Assembly (NCBI GenBank): GCA_963666365.2
Contig: CAXXNF010000001.1
Span: 32,001 to 96,000, forward strand
From: Syntrophales bacterium
GTDB taxonomy: Bacteria; Desulfobacterota; Syntrophia; Syntrophales; UBA2210
Length of the DNA stretch: 64,000 nt
Direction: 5' to 3'
Below are positions 50,949-61,104 of the stretch, in pieces. The notes beneath the pieces are model-generated. The model saw only the letters and a list, made by a program, of their open reading frames with translations, searched no databases and was not told where the DNA came from. Within the stretch, counting starts at the first letter, position 1. Every line of letters begins with the position of its first letter. Position numbers and translations under genes: made by a program.

Positions 50949-52250
50949 ATGACAGAAACGAAAAAAGGTAAGCAGCTTTTTACTGTATCACGGTTGTTCT
51001 TCCTGCTTATCGTCATCCCCTTGCTATTAATGGCTTTTCTCATCGCCAACGGTATATTTCAATTAGGGGACACATCAAAGAAAGGCGCCATATCGGCTCT
51101 TGATGAGAAATTCCAGCAGGAACTGCTGGCCCGCGCCATATCCGTGTCGGACAGTGTTGCCGATTTCCTGAGGCAGATCGAGAAGGATACGCTGGTTGCC
51201 ACAATCCTTCCGGTCAACGAAGAGACGTACATTGACTTTGTCGAGAAAAACAAGCAAGGTCTCTGGGTGAAAAAGGACGGCACTATTGCGAAGGTTATGA
51301 AACCGCTCTACACAGAAATGGCCTATATCGACAGTAACGGCAACGAGATTGTCAAAATTGTCGATGGGCACGCGGTACCCAAAGCCGAGCTGGCAAACGT
51401 CAGCGACCCGGCACGCACCACTTACAAAAGTGAGGATTATTTCGAAAAGGCGAAAAATCTTAACAAGGCCCAGGTATACATGTCACATGTGATGGGCTGG
51501 TACGTCGATAAATCCGCCTTCGAAAAAGGTGAGCGATTTATGGGTATCATCAGGCTGGCAACACCTCTCTTTGACAAGCAGGGGTTCGCGGGAGTTATCA
51601 CTCTCGCCCTTGATGTGCAACACTTGGCAAAATTTACGGATAACATTATTCCGACTGAACCCGGATACGTTCTTGAAGCTGACGTATCCACGGGAAACTA
51701 CGCCTATATGGTTGATAACAGAGGGTTCGTCATCTCACATCCTGTGGACTCTCACATAGCCGGTCTTTATCCTGACGGTACCCCGGTACCTGCAGTTACG
51801 GAAAAAACGATCAGCGAGATGTCCAAGAAGGGTCAGGAGGTACTCAATCTCAACCTACTGGGCGCCATTGATCCCGAGCTGCCGGCGGTCGCCCAAGACG
51901 CGGCCAAGGGAAATTCGGGTGTCAAATCATACAAATTCGGCGGACACACCAAGATTGTGGCCTACTCTCCGATCAATTACTATTCAACGGTTTATCCTGA
52001 ACCTGCCGGTTTCGGCTGGGTCGGACTCGGCATAGACGTAGATAAATTCAACGAGATGGCCATGAAAGCTTCCGAGAAGATAGAGAAAGAAACACGGGCA
52101 TGGACGACAACGGTGGTACTCATTATCATCATATCCATCATTCTGCTCTTCTTCATTGCATCAATACTGGCACGGGGCGTTGGTCGTTCGATTGAAGCCG
52201 AAGTCCCGGAGGATGCTCTGGAACCACCGGGCTATGACGACGAAGATTAA
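50949..52250 (+). CDS. Membrane-anchored Cache-domain protein without cytoplasmic output domain
   Basis: N- and C-terminal TM helices, YAYMVDNRGFVISHP, KIVAYSP, short acidic tail. Confidence 0.8.
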   Translation: MTETKKGKQLFTVSRLFFLLIVIPLLLMAFLIANGIFQLGDTSKKGAISALDEKFQQELLARAISVSDSVADFLRQIEKDTLVATILPVNEETYIDFVEKNKQGLWVKKDGTIAKVMKPLYTEMAYIDSNGNEIVKIVDGHAVPKAELANVSDPARTTYKSEDYFEKAKNLNKAQVYMSHVMGWYVDKSAFEKGERFMGIIRLATPLFDKQGFAGVITLALDVQHLAKFTDNIIPTEPGYVLEADVSTGNYAYMVDNRGFVISHPVDSHIAGLYPDGTPVPAVTEKTISEMSKKGQEVLNLNLLGAIDPELPAVAQDAAKGNSGVKSYKFGGHTKIVAYSPINYYSTVYPEPAGFGWVGLGIDVDKFNEMAMKASEKIEKETRAWTTTVVLIIIISIILLFFIASILARGVGRSIEAEVPEDALEPPGYDDED

Positions 52251-52273
52251 CAACTGTTAACATCAGACGTCAC

Positions 52274-52311
52274 AGAGAGGCCGAACGCCGTAACGTTCGG
52301 CCTCTCTTTTT
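52274..52311 (+). terminator. Rho-independent terminator
   Basis: AGAGAGGCCGAACG..CGTTCGGCCTCTCT followed by T tract. Confidence 0.9.
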
Positions 52312-52472
52312 ATTTAAAAGAGCAACAACCTTCCCTTGTCTTCGTTCTTCGGTCTATACTCCGATATTTTTTCACCACGGCCTCAAATATCTGGACTTGG
52401 GGACGATATATGTAGTATCCCCCGGAAGGGTTCTCCACGAATGGTGCTATTAAAAAATCAAAAGGTGTCCTC

Positions 52473-53540
52473 ATGAACGGCAATCTCCTGTTCCGGGCAG
52501 GGAAAAAAGCCATGGAAAAGATACGCAGCAAAGGTCTTTCTCCTGATATGGTCAAAGTCATCGCGGGTGCAGCCGGGGGACCCAAATATCTTGTCCTGAC
52601 ACAGCTTGACCGTGAAATTTTCTCCACCTGGCTCGCAACGAGGAAACAACCGCTCTTTCTCGTCGGATCATCAATCGGCGCCTGGCGCTTTGCCGCGATT
52701 GCCCAGCGCGATCCGCTCAAGGCTCTTGAAACATTTGAAGCAAATTATATTCATCAGCACTATCGCACACAGCCCAGCGCCGAAGACATTACTCGTGAAA
52801 GTATTCGAATTCTTTCTACCTTCCTGACTGACAAGGGTGCGCAGGAAATACTGTCCCACCCCTTTCTCAGGCTTTCCATCCTTGCGGTGAAGGCACGATG
52901 GCCCCTTTCCAGCGATAACAAGATGTTGCTTATTCCGGGGATCATCATGTCGGCCCTGGCCAATATGCTGAACAGAAAACTTCTCAAAATCTTTTTCAGG
53001 CGCGTGCTTTTCTACGATTCGAGAGAACCGCCCCCCTTCCTGCACATGTCCGATTTCCCCATCCACAGGATACCATTGACTGTCCACAACCTGAAACAGG
53101 CCGTAATTGCCTCGGGTTCGATTCCCCTGGTAATGAAGGGAGTACACAACATACCCGGCGCTCCCCCGGGCATGTATCGGGACGGCGGCGTCATCGATTA
53201 CCATGTAGACATCCCCTTTTTTAAAGACAATGACGATGGAATCGTCCTCTACCCCCACTACAGTGGAAGAATCACCCCGGGATGGTTTGACAAAAAAATT
53301 ACCTGGAGGAGTCCATCATACATGGATGATGTACTGCTTGTATGTCCCTCAGATGAGTTCATCGGTAGGCTCCCCTATAGCAAAATACCCGAGCGGAACG
53401 ATTTTTATCTTTTCAAAGGTCGCGATTCCGACCGGATCGCCTACTGGAAAAAGGTCATCGACGAAAGCCGGCGGCTGGCCGATGAGTTTGCAGATATTGT
53501 GTATACGGGAAAGATTGGCGATGTCGTCAGGCAATGGTAA
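52473..53540 (+). CDS. Patatin-like phospholipase family protein
   Basis: GAAGGPK, GSSIG, ASGSIP, DGG. Confidence 0.88.
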   Translation: MNGNLLFRAGKKAMEKIRSKGLSPDMVKVIAGAAGGPKYLVLTQLDREIFSTWLATRKQPLFLVGSSIGAWRFAAIAQRDPLKALETFEANYIHQHYRTQPSAEDITRESIRILSTFLTDKGAQEILSHPFLRLSILAVKARWPLSSDNKMLLIPGIIMSALANMLNRKLLKIFFRRVLFYDSREPPPFLHMSDFPIHRIPLTVHNLKQAVIASGSIPLVMKGVHNIPGAPPGMYRDGGVIDYHVDIPFFKDNDDGIVLYPHYSGRITPGWFDKKITWRSPSYMDDVLLVCPSDEFIGRLPYSKIPERNDFYLFKGRDSDRIAYWKKVIDESRRLADEFADIVYTGKIGDVVRQW

Positions 53541-53677
53541 CCGGCATGCATGGTTCCACTTCTGCCTTGACTTTTGCAGATCCTTCCATTTAATAAAGTG
53601 CTACTTTCGCAGGGCAGGAAAGTCACCGCCCTATTCACACTGCCGATTTTCATGAATCACGACAAAGGAAGATTATA

Positions 53678-55063
53678 ATGCGATCAGTTAAAGAAGTAAT
53701 GGAAGCCAAAAATATCGCCATCTTCGGCGCCTCTGAAGATCCCCTTAAACCAGGGTCGATGCTCATTGAATCGCTGTTAAACACCGGTTTTAAAGGCCGC
53801 ATCGCAGGGATTAACCCCCGGGGGGGGACATTAAGGGGCATTACGTTTTACCCACGCGTTGATCAAGTTCCCTTTGATGTGGACATTGCCGCCATGATCA
53901 TCCCGCCTGCCGCCATCCCGGCCGCCCTTAAGGACTGTGCTCGCAAGGGAGTCAAGGGAGTGGTGATCTCTTCCGAAGGGTTTGCCGAATCAGGGGCACC
54001 GGGCAAGGCCATGCAGGAAGAGATTCGCTCGATTCTTCGCGCCGCCGATATACGCGGCTTCGGGCCCAACACACTGGGACTCGTCAATACGGAAACGGGG
54101 CTCCTGACATCCTACTTTGCCAACAAAAACATGGCAAGCCCAGGTTCTGTGGGCTTTGTCGCGCAATCGGGCATTTTTGTGGGCGCACTGCTCATGTATA
54201 TGAGCTCTTTTCCGGTCTACAGGATTTCAAAAGGTCTGGGGCTCGGCAACAAGGTGGATGTCGATGAAAGCGACGCCCTGGAATATCTGGCGCAGGATAG
54301 GGCGACAAAGATAATCGGCATGTACCTGGAAGACATCCGCGACGGCAGACGCTTTCTCGAGGAGGCACGAAAGGCGGTGCGCCAGAAACCGGTCATTCTC
54401 ATTAAGGGGGGACGAAGCGAGGCGGGAAGTGCGGCAACGGCCTCCCACACGGCGAGCCTTGCCGTCAATGATGCGGTCCTGGATGGATGTCTGAGGCAGG
54501 CAGGGGTGCTGCGTGTAAAGAAAGTGGACGAACTGCTGGCGACAATCATGGGGTTTCAATGGGCGCCCCTTCCCCGGGGCAACAGAATCGCCCTTGTCAG
54601 CTTCAGCGGCGCCCAGGCAATTATGACCATCGATCAGGCAACGGAGGAGGGACTCGCACTGGCCGGTTTTACGGACGCCACTCAGGATCGGCTTTCCACG
54701 GTGATTGCCAACTACCCGAAACGAAAAAATCCCATCGACACCTATCCCGACATGAATATCCACGGCTTTGAAAAGACATCAACGGAAATCCTCAAGGCCC
54801 TTTTTGACGATGAGGAGGTGGACGGCATTTTCTTTATCTCCTTTGCCGCATACGGCGTAGACATGTTCAAACCGCTGGTCAAACTGATCAAAGAACAGGC
54901 CAGCAAACCGGTGTTTGTCTCACTTCTGGGGGATGCACAGGACATTGCCAATTCCCGCAATTTCTTTATGGAGCACGAAATTCCCATATTCGATTTTCCG
55001 GAAACAGGGGTGCAGGTTTTTGCCCGCATGCGGCGGTATGCCGAGATGATAGGAAATAGGTGA
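53678..55063 (+). CDS. CoA-binding protein, ADP-forming acyl-CoA ligase alpha-subunit family
   Basis: IAIFGAS, GPNTLG, AQSG, GNKVDVDE, ASHTASLA. Confidence 0.9.
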   Translation: MRSVKEVMEAKNIAIFGASEDPLKPGSMLIESLLNTGFKGRIAGINPRGGTLRGITFYPRVDQVPFDVDIAAMIIPPAAIPAALKDCARKGVKGVVISSEGFAESGAPGKAMQEEIRSILRAADIRGFGPNTLGLVNTETGLLTSYFANKNMASPGSVGFVAQSGIFVGALLMYMSSFPVYRISKGLGLGNKVDVDESDALEYLAQDRATKIIGMYLEDIRDGRRFLEEARKAVRQKPVILIKGGRSEAGSAATASHTASLAVNDAVLDGCLRQAGVLRVKKVDELLATIMGFQWAPLPRGNRIALVSFSGAQAIMTIDQATEEGLALAGFTDATQDRLSTVIANYPKRKNPIDTYPDMNIHGFEKTSTEILKALFDDEEVDGIFFISFAAYGVDMFKPLVKLIKEQASKPVFVSLLGDAQDIANSRNFFMEHEIPIFDFPETGVQVFARMRRYAEMIGNR

Positions 55064-55084
55064 TAGGCGATTGGTGATAATTTT

Positions 55085-56332
55085 TTACCAGTAGATAATA
55101 CCGATCACAGCGCCGGTCATGCAGGTGGCAAGCGTTCCGGCAATTATCGATCGAAAACCGAGGGCGACTATTTCATCACGGCGCTCAGGCGCCATGGTTC
55201 CCAGTCCACCGATCATAATTCCCAGGCTGCCCGGATTGGCGAATCCACACATGGCATAGGTCATAATCAGAAGGCTTCGCTTATCAAGAACCCCTTCCGG
55301 AAGCCGGCTCATCTGCAAATAGGCCAGCAGTTCGTTCAAAATTGTTTTCGTACCCATGAGTGCTCCCGCCTGGTGCGCTTCACCCCAGGGTATTCCCATA
55401 AGCCATACGACAGGGGCCATAAGAAATCCCAGAATTCTCTGCAGCGTCAGTGAACCGCCACCGACATCGGGAAATAACCCCAGAACAAGATTCACCAGGT
55501 GCACCAGCGCCACCAGCACTACCAGCATGGCAATAATATTAAGGAGCAATTGGAGCCCCTGCACGGTCCCCTTTGCAATGGCATCCACGGCATTGAGAGA
55601 GGATTCCGGTGGGGCAAGCGTGCCGGCAGTCGTCTCTTCCGTTTCGGGAACCATTACTTTGGCCACGGTAATGGCTGCCGGGACGCTGATGATCGAGGCC
55701 GTCAGAATATGTCCCATTACATTGGGAATGACTTTTTCGAGAATGGAAGCGTATAGAACCATCACCGTGCCTGCGATGGTCGCCATGCCGGTGGTCATAA
55801 GGGTGAATAGTTCGCTCCTGGTCATATCCTTCAGATAGGGTCGAATCAGGAGAGGCGCTTCCACCATGCCCACAAAGATGTTTGCGGACACTCCCAGTCC
55901 TTCGGCGCCGCCCAGCTTGAGCATTTTTTGTAAAACCCAGGAAAATCCCTTTACTACAAGGGGAAGTATCCGCCAGTAAAATAAAAGTGAAGAAAGCGCA
56001 CTGATGACCAGCACCAGAGGAAGTCCTCTGAAGGCAAGAATGAAACTTGCTCCCGGGTCGGTTTCTGCAAAGGGAAGCCTTCCTCCTCCGAGATAGCTGA
56101 ACACAAAAGAGGTGCCCGCCGTTGTCGCTTCTTCCACGATTGCGACAATCCGGTTCAAAAGGAGGAACATTTCATTAAAGACCGGAATCTTCAAAAGAAC
56201 GAATCCAACAGCGAGTTGCACTGCAATTCCCAGCGGAATTAAACCGATAGGCACTCCTCTCCTGTTTTCGCTCAGCACCAGGGCGATGACGGCGAAGACA
56301 CACAATCCTCCCATACTTTGGATGATGCACAT
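55085..56332 (-). CDS. CNT/NupC nucleoside:cation symporter
   Basis: ANIFVGMVEAPL, GMATIAGTV, CGFANPGS. Confidence 0.92.
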   Translation of the reverse strand: MCIIQSMGGLCVFAVIALVLSENRRGVPIGLIPLGIAVQLAVGFVLLKIPVFNEMFLLLNRIVAIVEEATTAGTSFVFSYLGGGRLPFAETDPGASFILAFRGLPLVLVISALSSLLFYWRILPLVVKGFSWVLQKMLKLGGAEGLGVSANIFVGMVEAPLLIRPYLKDMTRSELFTLMTTGMATIAGTVMVLYASILEKVIPNVMGHILTASIISVPAAITVAKVMVPETEETTAGTLAPPESSLNAVDAIAKGTVQGLQLLLNIIAMLVVLVALVHLVNLVLGLFPDVGGGSLTLQRILGFLMAPVVWLMGIPWGEAHQAGALMGTKTILNELLAYLQMSRLPEGVLDKRSLLIMTYAMCGFANPGSLGIMIGGLGTMAPERRDEIVALGFRSIIAGTLATCMTGAVIGIIYW

Positions 56333-56398
56333 TCGATAGATCTCTCCTCGTTGCTATACTTCCCGTTGGACAGGAGGCAGCATCCCGTCAAGGCCTCA

Positions 56399-57298
56399 TC
56401 AGTTTCGATACATCCCGTTGATTTGCTCTGCTGTTTTTCTTATCACTGCATCGACAGCCTCATCTTTGCCGCAACAGGCGTCCGGAACGGTGAGAAGAAA
56501 GGGCAGTACGACGAGGGCGGAACCGACAACTGATTCCAGAGCGGCTTTCGTATCCTTTTTCCTCTTTTCGACCCTGTGAAAAACAGGGTACTCGCCCCCT
56601 GACGCTTCATTATGGCCGAAGTCGTCAACGAGGAGGACGCCCCCCTCTTTTATGCCGGGGCGCTTCGACGCCACAATCTCCCAAAACCTGCGCTCACTTT
56701 TATGGACCCCTGAATCGGCAGAGTTCGCCACGAAAAAGGAGCATTCCCCGCCCATGGATGCGGCATCCCCCAGTGCCGCGGCACTGATATTCAGCCTCGC
56801 AAGTTCTCTGATGATCGCTTCGGTGGCCTCCCTGTAGTGATCCGTGGCAATGACCACCTGAACCGCCGGGGCCTCGTTCAACCGGGACAGGAGCGGCGCC
56901 CACCGCAGATCTATTCGGCATGATTCGAAATAGCGATCGACAAAGTGCGAGGCGGCGCGCTTCATTGCATGAAAGGACTTCGCATCGCTGTGAATGTGAA
57001 AAAGCTCCTGCAGTCTCCTTTCCAGAAGCGATCTGTAGCCTGTCGAGGTGGTGCTTCCCTCCTGCCAGGTGGGATTGACGACCTCATTCCAGAAAAATTC
57101 TGTGCTTTTCACGCCCAAGGCGGCCAGACCCGATGCAGTGAGTTCCGCCATCAGATGTTCCCTTCGTCCAAATGCAACGGCATCGAGACTGAGCGTTCCC
57201 GAGTAATCAAAAATAACCGTATTCACCTCTGCCGCTGCTCCCTCATACTCATTTGGCGGATCAACGGAATGGTGGTCCTGGCGATCCCGGCCGCTCAT
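56399..57298 (-). CDS. HAD-like hydrolase
   Basis: IFDYSGTL (motif I variant), IATD, K, LLVDD; start overlaps the thiC stop. Confidence 0.65.
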   Translation of the reverse strand: MSGRDRQDHHSVDPPNEYEGAAAEVNTVIFDYSGTLSLDAVAFGRREHLMAELTASGLAALGVKSTEFFWNEVVNPTWQEGSTTSTGYRSLLERRLQELFHIHSDAKSFHAMKRAASHFVDRYFESCRIDLRWAPLLSRLNEAPAVQVVIATDHYREATEAIIRELARLNISAAALGDAASMGGECSFFVANSADSGVHKSERRFWEIVASKRPGIKEGGVLLVDDFGHNEASGGEYPVFHRVEKRKKDTKAALESVVGSALVVLPFLLTVPDACCGKDEAVDAVIRKTAEQINGMYRN

Positions 57299-58584
57299 GG
57301 ATGATCGTGGGCGCCTCTTTTCCCCAGTTTGATCGCACAGAACTCACCGCACATAGTGCATCCCTCTTCGGCGGCGCTTTCACTTTTTTCGAGCAGCGCC
57401 TCCGTCTTATCGGGATCGATCGCCGCTCTGATCTGTCCCGCCCAGTCAAATTCATTTCGACAGCGCGCCATCGCCTCGTCTTTGGCCAGAGCGCCCGGAT
57501 ATTCCTTGGCAATATCGGCGATATGCGCGGCAATACGGGACGCGATGATTCCCTCTTTCACATCCGCCAATGTAGGAAGTTTCAAATGTTCCGCTGCAGT
57601 GACATAGCAGAGGAAGTCCGCACCTGCGGAGGCGGCAATGGCGCCGCCGACAGCCGACGTGATGTGGTCGTACCCGGGAGCGATGTCGGTGGGAAGCGGT
57701 CCGAGCACATAAAAGGGGGCATTCCCGCAGAGGCGCTTCTGCAGCGTCACATTTGCCTCTATCGCTCTCAAGGGCACGTGCCCGGGTCCCTCGATCATGA
57801 CCTGTACGCCCTGCGCACGCGCCCGCTTTGTCAATTCGCCGAGCAATATCAACTCCTGCACCTGCCCACGGTCCGTGGCGTCGGCAATACAGCCGGGTCT
57901 CAGACCGTCACCGAGACTTAATACCATATCGTAGTGACGGGCAATGGCAAGGAGACGCTCATATTCTTCGAAAAGAGGATTCTCCCTGTCGTTGAACTGC
58001 ATCCATTTTGTCAGAATGCTTCCGCCGCGGCTGACAATGCCGAGCAGCCGGCCCTCCGCCTCGATACGTCCTACGCTTTCTCTCGTCACGCCGCAGTGCA
58101 CGGTAATAAAGTCGACGCCGTCGGCGCCGTTTTCTTCACAGGCATCGAACATATCGTCGGCGGTCATTTCCACAATTGCCTTCCGGTTGTCCAGGGCACA
58201 GGTCGCCGCCTGGTAAATCGGCACGGTTCCCACCACTATCGGCGAAGCCCCGACAATTTCTTTTCTTATGTGCCGCACGTCACCGCCAGTGGATAAATCC
58301 ATTACCGCATCGGCGCCAGCGGCGCCGGCAATTTCCACTTTTTTCAATTCGAGATCCAGATCTACACAATCTCTTGATGTGCCCACATTGGCGTTTACCT
58401 TTGTCCGCAGCCCCTTCCCGATTGCGCAGGGGGGTATGTTCCCGTGGATTCTGTTCCGCACCACCACAATCGTTCCCTCTTCGACACCATGCCGTATGTA
58501 TTCTTCCGAAACCCCTTCCTGTCGGGCGCAAAGGGCCATTTCCTCCGATATCAGGCCCTCTCGGGCCATTTCCAGTTGCGTCAT
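57295..58584 (-). CDS. thiC: Phosphomethylpyrimidine synthase
   Basis: TKVNANVG, MDLSTGG, SRGGS, EGPGH, CTMCGEFC. Confidence 0.95.
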   Translation of the reverse strand: MTQLEMAREGLISEEMALCARQEGVSEEYIRHGVEEGTIVVVRNRIHGNIPPCAIGKGLRTKVNANVGTSRDCVDLDLELKKVEIAGAAGADAVMDLSTGGDVRHIRKEIVGASPIVVGTVPIYQAATCALDNRKAIVEMTADDMFDACEENGADGVDFITVHCGVTRESVGRIEAEGRLLGIVSRGGSILTKWMQFNDRENPLFEEYERLLAIARHYDMVLSLGDGLRPGCIADATDRGQVQELILLGELTKRARAQGVQVMIEGPGHVPLRAIEANVTLQKRLCGNAPFYVLGPLPTDIAPGYDHITSAVGGAIAASAGADFLCYVTAAEHLKLPTLADVKEGIIASRIAAHIADIAKEYPGALAKDEAMARCRNEFDWAGQIRAAIDPDKTEALLEKSESAAEEGCTMCGEFCAIKLGKRGAHDHP

Positions 58585-58608
58585 CTATACTACTTCCTTT
58601 CACGACCC

Positions 58609-59553
58609 TCAGGGTCTTTTAAAATCATATACCAATGTTTTCACGTTCACTGGCCTCTCTATAAGCCCGTAGTCGAGGGCGAAATCGGCAAATCGCTGCC
58701 AGCGTCCGATATCGTGATTCTGATCCTTCGCATAAAGGGGCAGCGTAATGTCGAAGGCTTTCTTTTCCAATTCATGGGGCGCCTCAGGCACTGCCTTAAA
58801 ATACAGTTCCAACGCGCGCGCAGGATCCTGTCTCACGGCGTCTGTCGCCCACTGCAGCACCTGCACAAAGGCACGAATCGTCTTTTCCCTTTTCGCCAGC
58901 ACTCCCGCACCGGCAATGAAAATCAATTCATCATAATCGGGAATTCCCCACTCAACGAGTTCAAAATATCCGGGATCGTATCCCTTCTCTTTCAGCTCGA
59001 CGACCTCGTAATTTTTATAGGGCCCCATGATGGCATCCACTTTCCCTGACACAAGAGAGGGAACAATGGTAAATCCTACATTGACAGGGGCATATTCTTT
59101 AATGCCGTTGCATTTCGCAAACGCATCGGTCAGTATGTCCATCATGCCGGGCACGGTATACCCGATGATCTTACCTTCCAGATCCGCCGGCCTTACGATT
59201 CCTTTCCCTTTCAAAAAAAGCAGCACGCTGAGCGGGTGCGTTACCAGTCTTCCCACCACCCTGACGGGAAGCCCAGCAGAGGCGGCCATAATCGCCTGAG
59301 GCGCATAGGAAACGGCCAGATCCACATTTCCCGACGACGCGAGTTTCAGGGCATCTGTCGTTGCTGAAGGACTGAGGATCTTCACGGCAATGCCCTCCCT
59401 GGCAAAAAGCCCCTCTTCCTGTGCCACAAAGAGCGGCAGGTGATCTACATTGGGAAACCAGTCGAGCATAAGGGTAAGTTTCTCTCCTGCACGGACCGGC
59501 GCCGCAACCGCCATAGAGATGACAATAATAATGAGAAAATACATTTTTTTCAA
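58609..59553 (-). CDS. thiY: ABC substrate-binding protein, NMT1/THI5 (ThiY-like)
   Basis: LDWFPNVDH; thiamine operon context. Confidence 0.82.
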   Translation of the reverse strand: MKKMYFLIIIVISMAVAAPVRAGEKLTLMLDWFPNVDHLPLFVAQEEGLFAREGIAVKILSPSATTDALKLASSGNVDLAVSYAPQAIMAASAGLPVRVVGRLVTHPLSVLLFLKGKGIVRPADLEGKIIGYTVPGMMDILTDAFAKCNGIKEYAPVNVGFTIVPSLVSGKVDAIMGPYKNYEVVELKEKGYDPGYFELVEWGIPDYDELIFIAGAGVLAKREKTIRAFVQVLQWATDAVRQDPARALELYFKAVPEAPHELEKKAFDITLPLYAKDQNHDIGRWQRFADFALDYGLIERPVNVKTLVYDFKRP

Positions 59554-59584
59554 ATCAACTACTCCTTCCTGCCGGCCCGTTCAC

Positions 59585-60334
59585 TTATCTCCAGTGGATT
59601 ATTTTACGTTCCATGAAGCCCACAAACCCCCAGAGGAACAGTCCCATGCACGAGAGCCAGAGTATGGCCGCGAAGACCAGGTCCACGCTCAAACGTGCAT
59701 TCGCCTGGATCATCACATACCCAAGTCCCCTCTGGGCGCCGACCCACTCGCCGATCACCGCACCAATGGTGGCCACCGTTACCCCGACCTTAAGCCCGGC
59801 AAACAAAAACGGCAGTGCCCAGGGCCAGCATAACAAACGCAGCGTATCCCAGAATCCCGCACCCATGAGACGGAAAAATACACGATACTCGGGATCGCAG
59901 TTCTTATATCCCTCGAGAAGACTCACAGTGATGGGGAAAAAAATAATAATCGCCGCCATGAGCACCTTGCTGGCAATACCGTACCCGAGCCAGACCACGA
60001 GAAGCGGTGCCAGCGCAAACACGGGGATTGCCTGAGAAACGACCAGAAAGGGGGCCAGCGCCCGCTCAACTGAAGGGCATGCAAACATCACTGTCGCCAA
60101 GGGAAGGGCCACGACAAGGGAGAGCGCCACGCCGAGAAAAATTTCAAGCGCCGTGACTCCTGCGTGGGGAAGTAAAAGAGGCGCTTTGAGGAGAGCCGCG
60201 GAGAGGATCACGGTGGGAGCGGGAAGAATGAAGTCCGGTACCTCAAAGAGCCGGCATGCCACTTCCCAGAACACCAGGATAAGGGCAACTCCTCCCGCCG
60301 ATATGTACCGTGAATGTATGATCGTCATCGCCAT
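59585..60334 (-). CDS. thiX: ABC permease (ThiX-like)
   Basis: QAIPVFALAPL, GAVIGEW..GLG. Confidence 0.82.
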   Translation of the reverse strand: MAMTIIHSRYISAGGVALILVFWEVACRLFEVPDFILPAPTVILSAALLKAPLLLPHAGVTALEIFLGVALSLVVALPLATVMFACPSVERALAPFLVVSQAIPVFALAPLLVVWLGYGIASKVLMAAIIIFFPITVSLLEGYKNCDPEYRVFFRLMGAGFWDTLRLLCWPWALPFLFAGLKVGVTVATIGAVIGEWVGAQRGLGYVMIQANARLSVDLVFAAILWLSCMGLFLWGFVGFMERKIIHWR

Positions 60335-61104
60335 ACCCTTTTTTCAGCGGTCCCGTGGACCGGCATCCCGTTGAAAGACTCGCGCTGCAGCCCCTCAAGC
60401 ACATGTTCCTTCACACGAAGCAATTCCGGATCATTCCCTTTTCGAGGCTTCGGCTCATTTAGCACAAACCGCTCCCTCATCCGCATGGGAAACGAACTCA
60501 GCACAATAACTTCATCGGCCAAAAGCAGGGCCTCCTCCACATCATGGGTAATCATGAGGATGGTTTTGCCGAATTCGCTCTGAAGCAAAAGCAGCATTGA
60601 TTGCAGGCTTCTTCGTGTAATTGCGTCAAGTGCGGATAGAGGTTCGTCAAGAAGCACCAGTTCATGGCGAAACATCAACGTGCGTACCAGCGCACATCTC
60701 TGGCGCATACCGCCCGACACCTTTTGAGGCAGATAATCCTTAAACTCCTCAAGACCCAGTCTGCGAAAAAGCATGGATGCTTTTCTGCCCGCCTCCGCCC
60801 TGTCCTCCCCTGCGATGTGGATCGGAAGAAGCGCATTCTCGATCAGAGTGCGCCACGGCAGAAGAAGATCCTTCTGCTGCATATAGGCGGTTCTGCCTCC
60901 CAGATGGCAATACATGACGCCGGCCCAGAGGATTTCGCCACCGTCTTTTTCGACGGCGCCGGTCAGCACATCAAAGAACGTACTCTTCCCACACCCCGAT
61001 GGACCCACAAGGATTGTAAAGGCGCCCCTTCGGACGGTCAGTGAAAACCCATCGAGGACGACAAGGTCATCAAAACATTTTCGCAGATTTTTTACTTCCA
61101 GCAT
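60325..61104 (-). CDS. thiZ: ABC ATP-binding protein (ThiZ-like)
   Basis: GPSGCGKS, SGGMRQR, LLDEP; TAATG coupling with thi4. Confidence 0.85.
   Translation of the reverse strand: MLEVKNLRKCFDDLVVLDGFSLTVRRGAFTILVGPSGCGKSTFFDVLTGAVEKDGGEILWAGVMYCHLGGRTAYMQQKDLLLPWRTLIENALLPIHIAGEDRAEAGRKASMLFRRLGLEEFKDYLPQKVSGGMRQRCALVRTLMFRHELVLLDEPLSALDAITRRSLQSMLLLLQSEFGKTILMITHDVEEALLLADEVIVLSSFPMRMRERFVLNEPKPRKGNDPELLRVKEHVLEGLQRESFNGMPVHGTAEKRVWR

Noticed and set aside
57295..58584. BzaA/B/F (benzimidazole synthesis) instead of ThiC
   Set aside because: The thiamine operon context favours ThiC; phylogeny would be decisive.
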